This document shows, piece by piece, positions 58,985-64,000 of a stretch of 64,000 nucleotides of DNA. The notes below the pieces were generated by a model. That model saw only the letters and a program-made list of their open reading frames with translations, had not been told where the DNA came from and made no database searches. Source of the stretch: Oopsacas minuta (taxonomy: Eukaryota > Animalia > Porifera); the NCBI GenBank assembly GCA_024704765.1, contig JAKMXF010000353.1:62001-126000 (forward strand), written 5' to 3'. The stretch's first letter is position 1. Each line of letters starts with the position of its first letter. Position numbers and translations under genes: made by a program.

Positions 58985-60313
58985 CAGTATTCCGCAAAGT
59001 GAGGTCCGTATGATGATTTTAGGGGTCCGCAGAGGGTCCATGAGAGCATTTACTTTGATTAAATAAGCATCCAATGATATCCTTGGAAATATCCTCAATA
59101 TCTTTTTTGCTACGCAGATATTATTATCAGAAACCTCAGGCGCCCTTGTAAAATAAGATTAGGGCAGTTTATAGACTATTGCAATGAGTATAAAAGAGAA
59201 GTATTTGAAAATCATCCTGTTTCATTTCGATTTACAAACCAACTACGCTTCGTTTTATCTGCGTTTCATTGTATTTTCTAATATTTAACAAATCTGACGA
59301 CATACAGCTTAGATTAATATACTGTAATAAAATTGAGATGGCCTCAAGCGGAAAATGTTTCATTTCATATCAAATCCCGTATATACTATCCAACATACCT
59401 CAAATTTGGTTTTATCGAGTCAAGAGTTGATGTTTCAAAACCAGAATGTGTAATCTGCAGTGAAATAATTCTAATGATGTGATGAAACCATCCAAACTCA
59501 AACGTCACCAAGAATCAAAACACCCAAGTACATTGAAGCTGGAGATTCAATCTTTTGAGCGGAAAAGGTTACTTTATGTATCAAACAGACCCCTACGATT
59601 AAGGATTCTTTTAGCATGACAAATAAATATATCGAACTAGCGATCAAGGTTTCCTTTCATGTCAGTTTCAGTATTGCCAAGGCTTAAAAATCCCATAATA
59701 TTGGGGGAAGAGCTGATAAGACTTGTTGTATCGAAATGGTGTCCATACTCCAAGGCGATGAAGCAGCCAAGAAGATATAATTGATACCATTATCGGTGGA
59801 TACAGTAAGAGAAAAATCTACGGTAATGCTAGTGAAGAACAGTTAGTAAATGAAATTGGATATACAGATATCTGGATTAGCCCAAGGTAGGAAACTTGCA
59901 CCGACTCTAGCCACAGTAGCAATCAAAGACACAATTTTGCCATTTGCAACCACCTACTTTTCGGAAAATGCGTTCAGTGCTGTGACAATGATTAAAACAA
60001 AATCAAGATATAGATTGGATATCTACAATGATTTACGGATTGCACTCACTAAAATATCGCCCAATTTAATTTGAAAAATTGACAAATAGCATCCAAAGGC
60101 AAGGAAACCATTAATTACTAGGAACATATTACATTACGAGACATTTTCATTGTAATATCAAACATGACTTATATCACTTGATTGTTGTCTAAGAAAATAC
60201 ATAGATTGTAACCATAAAATTTGGAAAATACAACACAAACCAATTGTTAGGGGTCCGCAAGGTTCGAAATGGAACAAAAAGGGGTCCGTGTTTGAAAAAG
60301 GTTTCGAACACTG
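58985..60313 (+). mobile_element. Internally deleted hAT (Buster/Charlie-type) DNA transposon with decayed transposase
   Basis: Ends CAGTATTC... and ...GAACACTG; perfect 8-bp TSD GTCTAGGG at 58977-58984 and 60314-60321 (nnnTAnnn). Transposase fragments MKPSKLKRHQESKHP and ILPFATTYFSENAFSAVTMIKTKSRYRLDIYNDLRIAL. Confidence 0.92.
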
Positions 60314-60335
60314 GTCTAGGGCAGATAAAGGGCAT

Positions 60336-60496
60336 GGGCGTAGCCTGGGGGCGCCCAAAAATTCTCAGTATGCCCCTCCAAAATTATTGATTATATTAAT
60401 CACACCAAGGGATAGTGGGATACTGGATAGATTTTTAGAGGCTGAGCCCCTCTCAAATTCTGCAGTCCCTTGAAAAATCCTGTTGCTGCTACGCCC
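60336..60496. mobile_element. Short MITE with GGGCGTAGC terminal inverted repeats
   Basis: GGGCGTAGC (60336-60344) and GCTACGCCC (60488-60496), with AT on both sides. Confidence 0.6.
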
Positions 60497-61804
60497 ATGA
60501 TGAAGAGATAATCAGAAATCCCGAGGGCACTCTGTCCTCTGAAAAGAGATAGAGGCTAGCAAAAACACTGCTGTAAGTAGGGCATTTGGATCTTTCGATC
60601 AAAGATCGTGCGATCCGGATCTAGATTCTTTTTGAGGATCTGAAGAGGATCGTCGATCCATTTGTAAAAGTAGGATCGGGATCGGGATCGGATGGATAAT
60701 TTTCTGAAAAGATCCCAATCTTTCTAATATCTACAAGTAATAGTGCTGTTTCGCGCTATATTCTTAATTTAGACTGATTAACGAGCACAAGTTGTTAATA
60801 ACTCGAAACTTTCAATTCAATCCAAAAGGAAGATTAGAATAACAACGCACAGTCGAAACCTGTTTTTCGTACTTATCGGTTGTTTTAACTTTATGTATTT
60901 CTCAGATTGTGAATAATATTGGATTTACGTATATTCCCATCTTATTTTCAAACTACATCTGCCTGCAAATATCTGTTAGGAAATACCGGTTTCGGCAGTA
61001 TGTAGAATTAAAGTTGTTACTACTATATACTGACCATATTAAAGTGTAGAAGAGTGGCTAAAACTGTTTAAAACCAGTCATCTCTATTCAATTGCCATTA
61101 TAAATAAAGAGCTTCATTTAGTGCATTAAATTTTTACTTGAAGTGGCATATCAGAAACACTATCTGATTTCAACTTGTGAGAAAAATTTACTTATTAAAA
61201 CAGTGTGATATATATATATATACTATTAATTAGATCAGCTCCTTCTCAATCTATGCCATGGGGTAACTACTAGCCAGTGTGGTGGCTCGTGGAGCAAACT
61301 GTAAAGTAATGTATGAGAGCAATAACAAAAACAGTAAATTTATCTATACAGCAAAGAAATTAGATGAGATTGGGAATGGGAAATAATAAATAGACTTTTG
61401 TATTTTAAATATTATTTTACATGTTTTATTGCTTAACAGCATTGTGCCTCGAATTGTCGCACCACCTGCTTAATATTACATATCTGTCTGAGTATGTATG
61501 TATAATTATTAAATAGCTAAAAATTCCTAATGATACAGAATGCAGGAGTTGCAATCGTAATATCTTATTAGTTTCCAGTAGTTGTCTACTAACATGCAGT
61601 ACTATTAGTAATAGAAATATGAATATCCAATGAGAAAGTAATTTCGAGCTAAGTCTGGCATATTATTAATTAAAATGATTTAACCGAGTTTCGTTAATGA
61701 ATACCCATTAATAAGACTATAAATAATTGCAAATTGAATTAATTTAATAATAAAATTACAAACAAATATAAGGCTACGCGGGGAAGCTGCGCGCGCGTAC
61801 GTGA

Positions 61805-62137
61805 CTAATCCACTACGACAAATTCTCCATACTCATCATCTTCATCGCTGGAGTGGCTGTGTTTGATGAGATGATCTTTACTGCTATGCAAGTAGACAAC
61901 TTCTTGCTCCAGACAAATTAATTCATCTACCAGGATTGCGCGCAGCTCCAATAATCTCTCTAGTTCTGTTGCTTTTCGCATGCGGCTATCTTTGCGATAT
62001 TTTTTCATTTTAATTTTTCTCCTTAGTTTTTTTATTTCTTGCTGTTCAGGTTTGGAGACATTTTTGTATTTCAATTTCTTATTTAGATCTTTTATGTCAA
62101 GGCTTACTATTTCTGCTTCCGTCATATAGCTTGTCAT
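61805..62137 (-). CDS. Small Maf-like bZIP protein, intronless, 110 aa, atypical basic region
   Basis: MTEAEIVSLDIKDLNKKLK...EQQEIKKLRRKIKMKKYRKDSRMRK...LERLLELRAILVDELICLEQEVVYL aligns to the Maf extended homology region, basic region and leucine zipper; acidic tail. Confidence 0.78.
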   Translation of the reverse strand: MTSYMTEAEIVSLDIKDLNKKLKYKNVSKPEQQEIKKLRRKIKMKKYRKDSRMRKATELERLLELRAILVDELICLEQEVVYLHSSKDHLIKHSHSSDEDDEYGEFVVVD

Positions 62138-63653
62138 TGCCTTTAATAAATGCTGTATTTCTTCTTGTTATTTGGATAAATTGTTGTATTTAAAAGATTT
62201 ATGGTCCATTTATACACATCGTTTCAATATACTTAACACTTCATGTTAATTGGTGATACCTTGTAATAGAATACTTATCACTTGATTATTCTGATTGAAA
62301 TTTTAATGAACTAGAACTATCGTATGTTAATACTCTTTAAAATAATTATTGGAAATTACAAACCAATTCGAGAAAAGATTATTGAGCGTAATTTACCTAC
62401 ACTTATGGGATAGAAATACATAACAAAGTTCTTCAAACAAACAGACAAACAACAACAATTAAATCTCAATTGTTGTTTATTTGTTTGTCCGTTGTCAAGG
62501 AAAGGATTTACGGTATGCAATTTTGAAATTGTAGTATAACTATGTATTTATCGTGTTTATCAAGGAAGTAAATAGAATTCAATAAAACTTCACTAAATAT
62601 ATCGAACATGCTGAATCCGATTTCACACTTTTGGATTAATCATATGTACATTTTTGTTGTTTTTATCAATATATAAAGTAAACAAATTATCCAAATCTCA
62701 AAATATACGTACAGGCTTGCTCTAAATGGCTAACCAAGGATAATTAAGTAGGCTGAATCCGAATTTCACATTTTCAAGTTTCTCATATGTAATTTTATCG
62801 TTGTTTGAATGAATAGATATTTTACAAATTTCAAAATTGAGGTAGAATCATACTTTGAACGACTCTACTGGGGTAATCGAGTATGCTGAGTCCGAATATG
62901 GTATTGTAAACAACTTCTATATAATTAACTCTCAATTGTTGTTTGTTTGTTTGTTGGTTTGTTAGTTTGTCCGTTGATATGTCAATATATTGTTGTTTTT
63001 ATGAATATGCAGGAACCAATTAGCAATATCTCAAAATTTATGTAGATACTGGCACCCAACGACTACAAAAGGGGTTGATCCTACAAAATATGTCAAAAAT
63101 ATATGTGCCATATACGTATATTTGTGAATTACATTGTTTTAAATATATCTATATTGTAATACTTAAAGCGGCCGTCAATTTGGAGAATAATGAATACCTC
63201 GTGGTAATTTATAACAAAATGTAATTATACTATAGAAGATCCTCCGGCTTGAACTCGGTGCCAAACACATTTCTCAAATATACAAAACTGAATTATATCA
63301 AAAGATCACAGAAATATTATCGCGAACCACGCCCGCGAAATTTAAGTAGCGTGAAATTCACATAAAAAGTGGGGCGGCTCAGCTCAGGCCGCCCATGCCC
63401 GGCCGGCCCTGCATGTGGTTCAAATTTCAAACTCCTATCATGTATATTGGCTGAATAAGTGTGAAGTTTGCGGCGAAATAAATCGAGCACATTTAACATG
63501 TTATATTGATGTGACCAGTGCAGGTAAAGAGATGCCATTAGGACTACAGGGTGCGTCATAAGTTCTGCAACAAAATTGTACATTCAAACAATTTTCTCTA
63601 ATAGCATTAATATTTAAGCATAACTAAATAATATCGAAAGTATTTAGTATATA

Positions 63654-64000
63654 CAGGGTGGCTCTAAAGTTCTGATACAAACCATTTTGTATATAATGTT
63701 ATTTCAGCATGACCTACATTATTGATTCTCTATATATAATTAATACATACTATTAGGAAGAGATTGCCTAGTCATTTATTCAATATAATCACCCTTTTTG
63801 GAAATGACAGCCCTGAGTCTGTTCGGGAATCCTTCTACTGCGGCACGCAGAGTTTCTGGGGTATCTTCTCCCATTCTCGACACAAGGAAATCTTAGAGAG
63901 CTACCTGTGTTGTGTGACACAGAACAAGCCTTGTTTTCCAAGATAGACCATACAGAATAGTCCATGGGATTTAAATCGGGACTGTATTGTGGCCATTCAT
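63654..64000 (-). mobile_element. 3' end of a Tc1/mariner-superfamily transposon with frameshifted transposase C-terminus; runs off the window
   Basis: Minus strand encodes EWPQYSPDLNPMDYSVWSILENKAC and ...RAAVEGFPNRLRAVISKKGDYIE* (stop at 63776-63778); terminal TA-CAGGGTGGC at 63652-63662. Confidence 0.88.

Overview
AT-rich eukaryotic (animal) genomic DNA with short GT-AG introns and no prokaryotic features. Gene content (expanded intronless NHL and TRAF families, many intronless housekeeping genes, dense MITEs) resembles a sponge, possibly a glass sponge such as Oopsacas; this is an inference only. I rebuilt spliced gene models by hand and checked exon phases; many ORF-track entries are single exons or antisense shadows. 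Contents from left to right: Rab1 (5' part); the 3' exons of a USP32-like deubiquitinase whose 4.9-kb last intron holds RPL28 and a 3-exon SPATA7-like gene, which in turn holds an intronless NHL gene (three-level nesting); a 710-aa protein joining paxillin-type LD motifs and proline-rich tracts to five filamin repeats; a 151-aa orphan; a secreted ComEC-type metallo-beta-lactamase-fold protein that has lost most metal ligands; intronless GRIPAP1; a second NHL gene; full-length talin (27 exons, 2539 aa); a PDZ-then-LRR protein; POLR3F; a six-copy TRAF-like array (3 intact, 3 broken) with degenerate RINGs, variable zinc-finger number and divergent C-terminal domains; and a transposon-rich tail (hAT element with perfect 8-bp TSD, MITEs, Tc1/mariner end) containing a Maf-like bZIP gene whose flanks are duplicated 7 kb away without the CDS. 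A sense-strand intronic motif, TCACACCT, recurs, often just before 3' splice sites.
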